From an uncultured Gammaproteobacteria bacterium (GTDB lineage Bacteria; Pseudomonadota; Gammaproteobacteria; CAWCPV01), in contig CAWCPV010000006.1 of NCBI GenBank assembly GCA_963797555.1, forward strand, positions 72,102 through 136,101: a DNA stretch of 64,000 nucleotides, written 5' to 3'. The notes under the pieces were generated by a model, which was given only the letters and a program-made list of their open reading frames with translations, was not told where the DNA came from and did no database searches. The position numbers and the translations under genes were made by a program. Below, piece after piece: positions 47,143 through 57,106 of the stretch (the stretch's first letter is position 1; each line of letters begins with the position of its first letter).

Positions 47143-48361
47143 GTGCCGGTCTTGATGTCTTGCACGTCGGCGATCGGCAGCACGCCCGCGGCGGCCAGCA
47201 TGGCGCGGGTGGCCTTCTCGAGGGACGCCCGCACTGGGTCCAGGTTCAGCCTGGCGTAAATGGCGGTGGTGCTGACGTTCGAGTGCCCCAGGCTCTTGCC
47301 GATAGTGACGAGGCTTGCCCCGGTGGCGGCCTGCCAGCTCCCGAGCGACCGGCGCAAGTCATGAAGGTGCAGGTCCTCGACGCCCGCACGTTTCTTGACC
47401 GCTACCCATGCCCGCTTGGGCTCGACCATGTGCCCGGTCTTGCCCCGGCTCGGGAAGATCCACGGGCTGTCCCCGGCGAACACGCGGCGAGTTTCGAGTA
47501 CCGCGACGGCCTCCGCTACCAACGGGACCGTCAGGGCCTCGCCGGTCTTGGTCTGCGGGATGCGCCAGGTGGCCTCTTCGATCCGCACGTCTTCCCAGCG
47601 CATGGCGAGCACGTTGCTGCGCCGGGCGCCGGTCAGCAGAGCGAGCAACAGGAAGTCGCGCGTGTCCCGCGGGGCCTGCGCGACGGCCTCGAAGAACCGG
47701 GGAAGCTCGCTCGGCTGCAGAAAACGATCGCGGGAGCGCTCCCGGAACTTGGTGACTCCTTCGGCCGGGTTGTCACCCTTCCACAGCTCCCAGGCGATGG
47801 CGCGGTTGAACATGGCCCGCAGCATGGAAACGGTCTTGTTGGCGGTGGTGTGTCCCTCTCCCGCCCCAGGCGCATATGCAGCGCCCGCACCTCGGAACGG
47901 CTGATGGCGGAAAGCTTCCGGCTCGCCCACGGGGCGAGGTACAGGCCCCAGTAGCTCTCGGGGTTCTTGGTCCGCTTGCCTTGAGCCTTGATGTGCTCTT
48001 CGAGGTATTGCTGGTATAGCTCCCCCAGGGTCAGCTCTGCCCGCTTGGCGCGCAGGGCGGCCTGCGGGTTGTCCCCCGAGGCGATGGCGCCGTTCAGCTT
48101 CTCGGCTCTTTGGCGTGCCAGGAATACCGTCATGGCGGGCCAGCGCCCGAGCAGCACGCGCTCGGGCTTACCGTCCAGCTTGCGGTAGAGATAGAAGCTC
48201 TTGGCGCCGCTCGGCTGCACACACAACGCCAGGTGCGGCGTCTTGGAGTCGTAGAAGTAAGTGCGCACCGGGTCGGGGGCGAGCGCCTTGACCACTGAGA
48301 TACCGGCACTTGAGGAGATGGGAGGCCGTCGAGTGCGCCAAGGGGGATCTGGAGGAACCAT
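47139..48361 (-). pseudogene. int: P4-type tyrosine integrase, frameshifted near 47857
   Basis: The N-terminal arm/SAM-like part (...LALCVQPSGAKSFYLYRKLDGKPERVLLGRWP...) is in one frame. The catalytic part (LLTGARRSNVL...HDLRRSLGS...LGHSNVSTTAIYARL) is in another. The switch occurs in GGGCGGGAGAGGGAC. Confidence 0.8.
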
Positions 48362-49148
48362 GTCCGGGTACCCTCACTTTAATCTTCCGTGAAACGCAAT
48401 GGATGAGTACTCTCTGGAATCGTTCGAGCACTATATTGAACTGGTAGGGCACGGATCGCCAGGTAAACTGCGGTTGTTTCGCGGTCAATCCACGGATGAA
48501 CCTCTGCTTCCCAAATTGGCTCGCTTGCGACTGCGCTCTGCTATAAGAATAGAAATAGCAGAAAAACGCATGTATGAGGATTTCAGACGAAGAAGTCTTC
48601 CGTTTCTGGAACATGTGCCAAGTACTACATGGGATTGGCTGGCATTGATGCAACACTCATGGACTGGCCACCCGCCTTCTTGATTGGACGGCAAACCCGC
48701 ATGCCGCGCTGTGGTTTGCAACGGAAAAGGGCTCTTTCGGTAATTGTGTGGATCGTGGTGGTCGAGTAGCATCCGTTCTGAGCAATCGTCTATCACAACA
48801 TCTTGTGGTTGGGCCTGTGGGGTTGTGGGCGAGAGGCCCGCGAGTGTGGGCAACCGGGAGGTTGTCCACACGGTCCTTGGGACGCGGGCCGCTCCGCAGG
48901 ACTCGTCCACAAATCCACAGGCCATCAAGGGGGGAGCGCCATGGAGCCAACGCATCTATTCACGACGGCACTGGGCCTCACGGCGCCTTGGGAAGTCACC
49001 AGCGTACGCTTTGACCCCGAGGCTGGGCGCATCGACCTCGAGGTGGCCTTTGCCAAGGGGAGCCGCTTCGCCTGCCCGGCGTGCGGAGCGCCAGGCCAGC
49101 CGGTGCATGATACCCGCAAGCGCAGCTGGCAGCACCTGAGCTTCTTTA

Positions 49149-50250
49149 CTAAGTCCATTTTAAGTAAAGCCATATGTTGGTACAATGGGGGCATGAAATG
49201 CAAGCGCGAATCGGACGGGCGCAAGCTCGATCATAGGAGCCTGCAGGTGCTGCGCCAGCAAGCCGTGAAAGCGGTGCGTCACGGACAGACGGTACAGAGC
49301 GTAGCGCAGGCCTTCGGGTTGAACATTCGCACCGTGTTTCGCTGGCTCTCGGCATTTGCCTCGGGGGGACAGAACGCGCTGTTGGCCAAGCCGATCCCGG
49401 GCCGCCCGCCGCTGCTTGGCGCCGAGGAGATGCGCTGGCTGGCGGGGGCGGTGCGCGAGCACACGCCGCAGCAGTTCCGATTCGAGTTTGCGCTGTGGAC
49501 CCTGCCGCTCATCGGCAGGTTGATCGAGCGGCGGTTCAACAAGCGCCTTTCGGACTCCGCCGTCAGGCGGGTGATGCGGGTGCTGGGATTCACTGCCCAG
49601 AAGCCGCTCTACCGTGCCTGGCAGCGCGATCCGGTGCTGGTCGAGCGCTGGCAGAAAGAGCAATTTCCCGCCATCCAGGCCGAGGCCAAGCGCGTGGGGG
49701 CAACCATCTACTTTGGGGATGAGTCGGGGATGCGCTCCGACTACCACGCCGGCACCACTTGGGCGCCGATGGGCAAGACCCCGGTGGTCGCGGTGACCGG
49801 GGCGCGGTTCTCGCTCGCCATGCTCTCGGCGGTGAGCGCCCGCGGGGGCTTGCGCTTCATGGTGCACGAGGGGACGGTGACCGCCGCGGTGTTCAAGGAA
49901 TTCCTCAAGCGCCTGCTGGTGGGCGCCACCCGGCCGGTCTTCCTCATCGTCGATGGCCATCCCATCCACAAGGCACGATTGATCCAGGACTTCATCGGCG
50001 AACAGAACGGGCGCCTTAAGCTGTTCTTCCTCCCCCCGTACTCGCCCCAACTCAATCCCGACGAACAGGTTTGGGGGCATGTGAAAGCCCGCGTCGCCAA
50101 GCGCCGGGTGGAAAGCAAAGAGGATCTCAAGAGCAAACTCCTCGGTGCTTTGCGCCGGCTCCAGAAGCTGCCAGAAATCGTCAAAGGCTTTTTCATGCAT
50201 CCGCATTGCTGCTACGCTGTCTGATATGGCCTTACTTAAGAAAGGATTAG
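49149..50250 (+). mobile_element. IS630-family element nested inside ISL3 copy B at a TA
   Basis: Copy A reads TTCTTTAAGTCACGG. Here it reads TTCTT-TA-[CTAAGTCCATTTTAAGTAAAGCCATAT...ATATGGCCTTACTTAAGAAAGGATTAG]-TA-AGTCACGG. Imperfect 27-bp IRs. Confidence 0.85.
49193..50224 (+). CDS. IS630-family transposase (343 aa, apparently intact)
   Basis: HTH N-terminus and DDE region (IYFGDESGM...FLIVDGHPIHK...LNPDEQVW). Confidence 0.85.
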   Translation: MKCKRESDGRKLDHRSLQVLRQQAVKAVRHGQTVQSVAQAFGLNIRTVFRWLSAFASGGQNALLAKPIPGRPPLLGAEEMRWLAGAVREHTPQQFRFEFALWTLPLIGRLIERRFNKRLSDSAVRRVMRVLGFTAQKPLYRAWQRDPVLVERWQKEQFPAIQAEAKRVGATIYFGDESGMRSDYHAGTTWAPMGKTPVVAVTGARFSLAMLSAVSARGGLRFMVHEGTVTAAVFKEFLKRLLVGATRPVFLIVDGHPIHKARLIQDFIGEQNGRLKLFFLPPYSPQLNPDEQVWGHVKARVAKRRVESKEDLKSKLLGALRRLQKLPEIVKGFFMHPHCCYAV

Positions 50251-52162
50251 TAAGTCACGGGCAGACCTGCACGCGCATCTGCCGCGAGTGCGCTGTGAGA
50301 GCTGCGGCAAGACGACTCAGGTCGAGCCGCCGTGGGCGCGCGCACACAGTGGCTTCACGGCGCTGATGGAGGCACTGGTGGTGACGCTGTGCCAGGCGAT
50401 GCCGGTGGCGACCGTCGCCCGGCACCTGGGCGTGGGCGATGAGCGCCTGTGGGGGGTGCTCGAGCACTACGTGGAGGCGGCCCGCGCCTAGGAGGACCAC
50501 TCCCCGGTGCGCGCCGTGGGCCTGGACGAGACCGCCGCCCGGCGTGGGCAGCACTACATCAGCCTGTTCCATGACCTCACGGGCAAACGCCTGCTGTTCG
50601 CCTGCGAGGGCCGCGACCAGAGCACCGTGGCGGCCTTTGCCGCCGACCTCCAGGCGCACGGGGGCGACCCGCAGGCCATCGAGCAGGTGTGCATCGACCT
50701 GTCCGCCGCTTATCTCGCCGGGGTGACCAAGCATCTGCCTAAAGCCACGGTGAGCTTCGATGCCTTCCATGTCATCCAGCTCGCCAACCAGGCCGTCGAT
50801 ACAGTGCGCCGCGAGGAGGTCAAGACCGAGCCCGCCCTCAGGGGCACCCGCTGGACCTGGCTCAAAGACGCCCACGACTGGACCTGGGAGCAGCTCACCG
50901 ACTTTCACTGGCTCTCCCGCGCCCGCCTCAAGACCGCCCGCGCCTGGCGCCTCAAGGAGGCGCTGCGCGATATCTACGCCACGGCCAGCACCCTCGAGCA
51001 GGCCGAGACCGCGCTCACGCGCTGGTATAGCTGGGCACGGCGTAGCCGCCTGCAACCCATGAAACACCTCGCTGCCACTCTGAAAGACCACTGGGACGGT
51101 GTGCTCGCCGCGTTCGACTCCGGCCTCACCAACGGCCGCGCCGAGGGCATCAACTCCCTCATCCAGGCCGCCAAAGCCCGCGCCCGGGGCTACCGCACCA
51201 CGCGCTCGCTCATCACCATCGCCTACCTCATCGCGGGCAACCTGGCCCACTTGCCGGCCTCGCCGTTCAACACACGATCTTGTGTCAGACCTCAGGCAGA
51301 GGCTGCCGCAGCGTAAGCATATCTACCCACACGATTCCGGTAAGAACCCGGAAAAGCCACCGAAGAAAGACAAGAACGATGAACCAAGGTCGGGCGTGGT
51401 TTGGGTATTTCGACCCGCTGGTCCAGATATGGTTGATATCGCGAAATCACGAGATCCCTTTCAAGCCACGCGAACGCAGGTATTTCAGCCAAGCCATATC
51501 ACTCGCCGCATCATTGCGCAATTCGGTTGGTTTACGGCACACAAACTCATAGACGGAGAGAAGATTGTGCCACTGGAGGACAATGGCCTCTACGAGAAGA
51601 AGCTAACGAAAATAATGATCCAACCGGAAATGTTTTCGAAGATGAGATCTACGTTAAATATATTTGGCATAAATTCAGGCGTGCTATTTCCAGACCTTGT
51701 TGGTTTGTGTGAAGCCATACAATGGGAAAGCTCTTGTTTGGAAGACGAAAAGCCAGGACTACGCAAACCAGTGCTATTCTTTCAAAGCGATGGGCCGATA
51801 AAAATCCGCCGTAAGCCCCGGCCGACGCGGATAAAGCTGCGGCCGATCAGGGGGTAGCACGCAAAGAGGAACCGCCCGCGCCGGGGTCCGGGATTTCGGT
51901 CGCCCCGCCATGCCACATGCGGTGGCTGGCGTCTCACGCGGGCTACGATGGTGTTACGCTCGCACGTCCACGCTTACCCTGCTCTTCCTCGACTTCCCTG
52001 ACGAGCGCTCGCGCTCAGCCCAATGCGGCCAGTATTTCCAGGGGTGACGCCAGGATGGCCGCTTTCCGGCCGTGAGGGACGCGAACGGGGGTGGGGCGGG
52101 GGACTTATGGGCGGGCGTGGGGTTAGGGGAGTAATTATTGCGGAATACGAATGCAGACTACC

Positions 52163-52202
52163 AAAAAAAGCCCCCAGAGTTCGTCTGGGGGCACTTTTTT
52201 TT
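52163..52202. terminator. Bidirectional rho-independent terminator downstream of dsrE2-like gene
   Basis: A7-GCCCCCAGAG-TTCG-TCTGGGGGC-AC-T8. Confidence 0.65.
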
Positions 52203-52218
52203 AAGTGCGCAGCAGCCC

Positions 52219-52699
52219 TCAGATGAACAAGCAGATATCGGATTCGCCGGCAAACTCGAAAAACGTCGCGGCGCCACCGTACTCGATTCCATCGATGAAT
52301 TCGCTCGGGTTCATGTCGAACAGGTCAACGGTCATCTGACAGGCGATGAGCTTGAACGTCCGCCTCGATACATAGACCTCGCAACTCCTCGACACTGGCG
52401 ACACCCTTGGACTTCATCTTCTGCTTCATCATGGCTGTCATCATCGACTGCATACCGGGCAGCGCAGTCAACAGGACTGGAAACCACTTGTCCATGCCCA
52501 TCGGCATCGGCATGCCGGGGTTGCCGAGGGGGGTCACCTGCAGGTTGAGCTTCTTGCGCAGGAGCTGCAGCCCGTAGAAGGTGAAGAATACCTGGGTCTC
52601 GTAGCCAAGCGCCGCGGCGGTGGACGCGAGGATGAACGGCGGATAGGCCCAGTCCAAAGAACCCTTGGTGGCGATGATGGCCAGTTTCTTCTCCGACAT
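52219..52699 (-). pseudogene. DsrE2-like (DsrE/DsrF family) sulfur-relay protein, frameshifted near 52355
   Basis: MSEKKLAIIATKGSLDWAYPPFILAS...VEELRGLCIEADV, then one extra T. The other frame continues KLIACQMTVDLFDMNPSEFIDGIEYGGAATFFEFAGESDICLFI*. Confidence 0.7.
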
Positions 52700-52709
52700 G
52701 GCAGACCTC

Positions 52710-52940
52710 CTATTTCTTCCTCAGCAGAAAATAGAACTTGCCCCCTTCTTCGCGGGACTCGATCAACTGGTTTCCAGTCTGCTTCGCGAACGCCTCGAAG
52801 TCTTTCACCGAGCCCGGATCGGTCGCGATCACGTGGAGCGTCTGCCCGCTCTGCAACTCCCCCAGTGCCTTCTTGGTACGGAGCACCGGCAGGGGGCAGT
52901 TGAGACCGGAAGCGTCAAGCTCCTTGTCAAAGTCAGCCAT
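52710..52940 (-). CDS. tusA: TusA-family sulfurtransferase
   Basis: DASGLNCPLPVLRTKKAL is the TusA active-site motif. 76 aa, directly upstream of the dsrE2-like gene. Confidence 0.85.
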   Translation of the reverse strand: MADFDKELDASGLNCPLPVLRTKKALGELQSGQTLHVIATDPGSVKDFEAFAKQTGNQLIESREEGGKFYFLLRKK

Positions 52941-53269
52941 CGTCTTCTCCTCCTTGGGTAAGGGTTTAACAGCAGTGGTCGATGCTGGCGGTCTTTCCCG
53001 CCAGCCCCATCGGGCATCTCGGGCAGCCCACCGGGAGCCGCATCCTCTTCGGAACGCGCGAATAGCCGCATTGCGCGAGAAATGCCTTGTTTGTACCCCA
53101 AAAGCACGCGTCTTGTCAATATTAAAATATTGTTATATGGTTTCAAGCAGGGGCGCTCCGCCTTGCACTGGCCTGATGACCGGCAACCGGTGGGCAAGCG
53201 AGACTTGACCCGCCACACCCGTTACACTAACCGCTAACCGTACATACCACCGCGGGTGGTCGGCGGGCT

Positions 53270-53374
53270 ACAACGGTCTATAAGTGCTACGAGCTCCACG
53301 AGGACGCTTGGTCAGGTCCATATGCCGAACAACTTGGCGCCACAACGGTCTATAGTCTACGAGCTCCACGAGGA
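53270..53374. repeat. Two 33-35-bp direct repeats 72 bp apart in the tusA-bepA intergenic region
   Basis: ACAACGGTCTATAAGTGCTACGAGCTCCACGAGGA (53270-53304) and ACAACGGTCTATAGTCTACGAGCTCCACGAGGA (53342-53374). Confidence 0.6.
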
Positions 53375-53614
53375 TGCCAAGATTGTTCGCTTGCGGGACG
53401 ACGATGGCTGCCTCAAGTAGGCTCTGGCACCGGGGCGTGATCAGGATCGTAAAGAAGGTGGCTCTCCCGGTCGTGTGCCGGTTTTTGCTGCCTGAGTCAT
53501 GCTGACCGAGGCCAAGTGGGAACGGGGGCAGATGGTACAGGTGCACTCGACCTCCCCGGCTCATCGGCAAGTGATGAGGTCGCCCTGTCGGGCGACTCGG
53601 GCGGTAATCGTTTG

Positions 53615-55054
53615 ATGCGACCCTTCAAAATCCTGTTTCTCAGCCTGGGCGCGCTCATCTGGCTCGTGCAGGCGAGCGCCCAACAATTCGCGCTTCCTGA
53701 CATCGGCGACGCGGCAGATGCGATCATGTCCTCAGCAGACGAGCAGCGCCTCGCGGAAGCGTTCATGCGCGAGGTGCGCCAGCAACTTCACGTCATCGAC
53801 GATCCGGAAGTCAGCGCCTATCTGGCAGGACTGGCTGAACGGCTCACCGCGCACCTCCAAGGCGGGCCCGGGCACTTCAGCTTCTTCGCGGTTTCCGATC
53901 CGGCCATCAACGCCTTTGCCGGACCCGCAGGGTACATCGGGGTAAACTCCGGCCTGATTCTGGCGAGCCGCACGGAGAGTGAGCTAGCTGCGGTGCTCTC
54001 CCACGAAATGGGGCACGTGATACAGCACCACATCGCCCGCACCCTGCGGGAGGCCCAGCGCATGACTCTGCCGGCTGCTGCGGCGTTGCTCGCGGCGATC
54101 CTGATAGGGCTGAAGAGCCCGGAGGTAGGTACGGCCGCACTGGCTGCCACGACGGCGGGACAAATGCAGCACGAGATCAGTTTCACACGGGAGCACGAAG
54201 AGGAGGCGGATCGGGTCGGCATGCAGATCCTCGCCCGCTCGGGCTTCGATCCCCGGGGCATGCCCAGCTTCTTCGAACGCATGCTGCAAAGCGAGCGGCT
54301 CGCCACACGCCCACCGGCCTTCTTGCTGGACCACCCCGTCACGGAGAGCCGCATCGCCGAGTCGCGCGCGCGGGCCGAGCAGTATCCGCACCGGACCGTA
54401 CCCGATGACCTCAGCTACGAGATTATCAAGGCGCGCCTTCGAGTGCTGGACGAACCCGACCCGCGCTCCGCGGTCAGCTACTTTAGGCCTGCAATGGATA
54501 CCGGAACAGCGACCGAACGCGTGGCGGCCCGTTACGGTTACGCACTCGCCCTGTTCCAGAGCGGCTCCTACCAAGAGGCTCAGCGGCAAATCGCTCAGCT
54601 ATCGGAGGCCGATCCCGAACGCATTGCGTACGTCATCCTGCGTGCTCGGGTCCTGCTCGCCCTTGGACAGAAAGAGAAAGGGCTGAAGATCTTCGCAAGT
54701 GCCCTGCAGTCGAACCCGGGAGACTTGGCCCTGACCCTCGCTTATGCCCAAGCCCTGCTCGACGGCGGTGAGCCTGACCTCGCGCGACGCAAGCTGATAG
54801 AGTACCTGCGCGACGAAGGGTTTCCCGGACCTGAAGCGTACCGTTTACTCGCCCAGGCGCAGGGCGAAGCGGGTTATGCGGCGGACGCCCACCAATCCCT
54901 CGCTGAGTACTATTACGGGATGGGGGACCGGAAGTCCGCCATCAAGCAACTCGAGATGGCTCTGCGCCTGACCAAAGACGATTTCTACCGCACATCGCGC
55001 ACGGAGGCGAGACTGGAGCAACTGCATGCCGAAGAGAAAGCCGCGCGGAAATAG
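53615..55054 (+). CDS. bepA: BepA/YfgC-like periplasmic M48 metalloprotease with TPR domain
   Basis: Signal peptide MRPFKILFLSLGALIWLVQASA, HEMGHV zinc motif, EEEADRVG, and C-terminal TPR-like repeats. Confidence 0.85.
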   Translation: MRPFKILFLSLGALIWLVQASAQQFALPDIGDAADAIMSSADEQRLAEAFMREVRQQLHVIDDPEVSAYLAGLAERLTAHLQGGPGHFSFFAVSDPAINAFAGPAGYIGVNSGLILASRTESELAAVLSHEMGHVIQHHIARTLREAQRMTLPAAAALLAAILIGLKSPEVGTAALAATTAGQMQHEISFTREHEEEADRVGMQILARSGFDPRGMPSFFERMLQSERLATRPPAFLLDHPVTESRIAESRARAEQYPHRTVPDDLSYEIIKARLRVLDEPDPRSAVSYFRPAMDTGTATERVAARYGYALALFQSGSYQEAQRQIAQLSEADPERIAYVILRARVLLALGQKEKGLKIFASALQSNPGDLALTLAYAQALLDGGEPDLARRKLIEYLRDEGFPGPEAYRLLAQAQGEAGYAADAHQSLAEYYYGMGDRKSAIKQLEMALRLTKDDFYRTSRTEARLEQLHAEEKAARK

Positions 55055-55325
55055 CCCAATGTACCCACAAAACAGGCGCGTTGTATGCTCCTGGGGCAGA
55101 CCCCGGGGTGATGTCGTGGGATCGCTTTGGTGGCCAGGCAGACCGCCAGAAACCGGATTGGCTTGTCACGGCTGCCAGCTCCAGTTGCGCGAACCGCCTG
55201 CCGACCAACGGCGTCGCGATAGAGAGCACCACTCCACTGGTGCGGGGGATCGGCGGTCGTCTGGCGCAGATGTGGGCCAGCGAATTCCCGGCCGCTGCGG
55301 AGCCTTAGGAACGGTTCACTAACAA

Positions 55326-56990
55326 CCTGATTCCGTGACTTCGCGTCTCAGCGGATGGCCGCAACCTGCTGATTTATCATTGCAGTTCAGCTAAAATCGG
55401 GCCGCACTCCAGGTCACCCGGCAGGTGAACGATGAAGCGGTTCATCTTGGAGCAGTCCGATGAGGAATTTTACACCTCCCATTCTGGTCTGGCCTTGGTC
55501 GGTCTTTGCGTCAACCGCTTTAGCGGGTTGGGCAAGGCGCTGAAGCAGGCGATCCCGCTACGCCACGGCATCTCCCATGAAGACGTAGCCAAGAGCTATC
55601 TGGGGTTGATGTGTTTGGGCAAGAGCGACTTCGAAGCGGTCTCCAACGTCCGAGAGGACGATTTCTTCCGCCAGGCGTTGGGGCTGGAGCGGGTACCCTC
55701 GCCAGAAACGCTGAGGCAGCGTCTCGACGAGCACGCAGCGGTCCTGCGGGAGGTCATTGACGAGGCCGATATCGAGTTCATGGTCAACGCCAAGGCACCG
55801 GTCAGTGCGCTCAAGACCGGTCATGTGCCGGTGGACATCGATGTCTTTCCCATGGACAACTCCGGGACCAAGCAAGAAGGAGTCTCGCGCACCTACCACG
55901 GCTATGACGGTTATGCGCCGATCGCGACCTACGTGGGAACCGAAGGGTGGTGCGTCGGCTGTGAGCTGCGAGAAGGCAAGCAGCACAGTCAGAAGGAATT
56001 CGGCTACGTCTGGGAGCGCATCCTGCCGCGGGCCAGGCGCCTGACCAAACTGCCGCTGCTGGTGCGCCAGGACAGCGCCCACGACGCCTTGGAGAACCGG
56101 CTGCGCTACCTCGAAGAGGAGGTGGACTTCATTATCCAGTGGAACCCTCGGGGCGAGGACCCTGCCCATTGGCTGGAGCGCGCCGAGCGCCAAGGGGCAT
56201 GGGAGACACCCCGACCCGGCAAGCGCGTGGCGCTGTTCAGCGTCGTCGAGGAGCACCCCCATCGGGAGCACACCTACCACGTTCGCCGGGTGATGCGGGT
56301 GACCGAGCGCACCATCGACAAGAAGGGCCAGGCGCTGTTGGTACCGGAGCTGGAGCTCGATGGCTGGTGGACCTCGCTCGCCTATCCGGACGCGGAGATC
56401 GTCGCCCTGTACCGTGACCACGGCACCTCCGAGCAGTTCCACAGCGAGTTCAAGACCGACCTCGACATCGAACGGCTGCCCTCCGGGAAATTCGACACCA
56501 ATGACCTGGTGCTCGCCTTTGCCGTATTCGCTTACAACATTCTGCGCCTCATTGGGCTCATCGGGCTGACCGGCGAGTCGGCTCCCCTGCGCCATCCGGC
56601 CAAGCGCCGGCGGATCAAGACCGTCCTCCAGGAACTGATGTACCTCGCCGCCCGGTTGGTCGCCACCGCCCGCAGACTGAAGCTGCGCTTCAGCCGGCTC
56701 TGTCCCGGCTTCCGCGCCTTCGAGCAGGTGTATTACCAACTCGCCTTCGGGTAGATAGGACGACCTCCATAGAAACTCGACCCGGGCCTCACCAGACCCC
56801 GGTGTAAACCTACGCCCGAAATTCAGCGTCCAAGCCTCAAAGCCCCGCCGTCACTCCTGCGCCGACGAGGGTCTACGCCCGCTGTACATAGCCGGCGTCA
56901 CCGGTTGGCTAAAAACTAACCAACTCAACTGAGAATAGCTCCCATTCTCTCGCGCCCCGGGCGCTCGGAGATTCAAGTCACGGATCCAGG
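55326..56990 (+). mobile_element. IS1380-family element, copy 2, intact
   Basis: IRs are CCTGATTCCGTGACTTCG (left) and CAAGTCACGGATCCAGG (right). Flanked by the direct repeat TAACAA (55320-25 and 56991-96). Confidence 0.85.
55432..56754 (+). CDS. IS1380-family transposase (440 aa)
   Basis: Full-length ORF, homologous to the degraded copy at 17.5-18.6 kb. Confidence 0.85.
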   Translation: MKRFILEQSDEEFYTSHSGLALVGLCVNRFSGLGKALKQAIPLRHGISHEDVAKSYLGLMCLGKSDFEAVSNVREDDFFRQALGLERVPSPETLRQRLDEHAAVLREVIDEADIEFMVNAKAPVSALKTGHVPVDIDVFPMDNSGTKQEGVSRTYHGYDGYAPIATYVGTEGWCVGCELREGKQHSQKEFGYVWERILPRARRLTKLPLLVRQDSAHDALENRLRYLEEEVDFIIQWNPRGEDPAHWLERAERQGAWETPRPGKRVALFSVVEEHPHREHTYHVRRVMRVTERTIDKKGQALLVPELELDGWWTSLAYPDAEIVALYRDHGTSEQFHSEFKTDLDIERLPSGKFDTNDLVLAFAVFAYNILRLIGLIGLTGESAPLRHPAKRRRIKTVLQELMYLAARLVATARRLKLRFSRLCPGFRAFEQVYYQLAFG

Positions 56991-57106
56991 TAACAAGTTA
57001 TCCAGCTTTCGTGGTGTAGAGTCTGGACCTGGGCCGATAGTTGCTTGAACGGGAACAATATTGATGCAAACATGAGGTCTGCTTAGCCCAGTCCGTGGGT
57101 AACGCC

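Larger units (their letters stand above)
48730..51348 (+). mobile_element. ISL3-family element, copy B, full-length ends with 8-bp target duplication; transposase disrupted by a nested IS630 and an in-frame TAG
   Basis: Left IR GGCTCTTTCGGTAATTGTGTGG and right IR CCACACGATTCCGGTAAGAACC. TSD CGGAAAAG at 48722-29 and 51349-56. Transposase from ATG 48941, interrupted at 49148, with TAG at 50489-91 where copy A has CAG. Confidence 0.85.
48399..51857 (+). pseudogene. FRG-domain protein gene, split by ISL3 (exons 48399-48729 and 51357-51857) and frameshifted near 48657
   Basis: LFRGQSTDEPLLPKLAR...WDWLALMQH then (shift) HGLATRLLDWTANPHAALWFATEK. After the IS it continues PPKKDK...VFQPSHITRRIIAQFGWFTAH... 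Lower GC than surroundings. Confidence 0.7.

Noticed and set aside
53268-53570. 100-aa minus-strand ORF in the tusA-bepA spacer
   Set aside because: Its sequence is generated by reading through the duplicated 34-bp boxes. It has no SD or motif.
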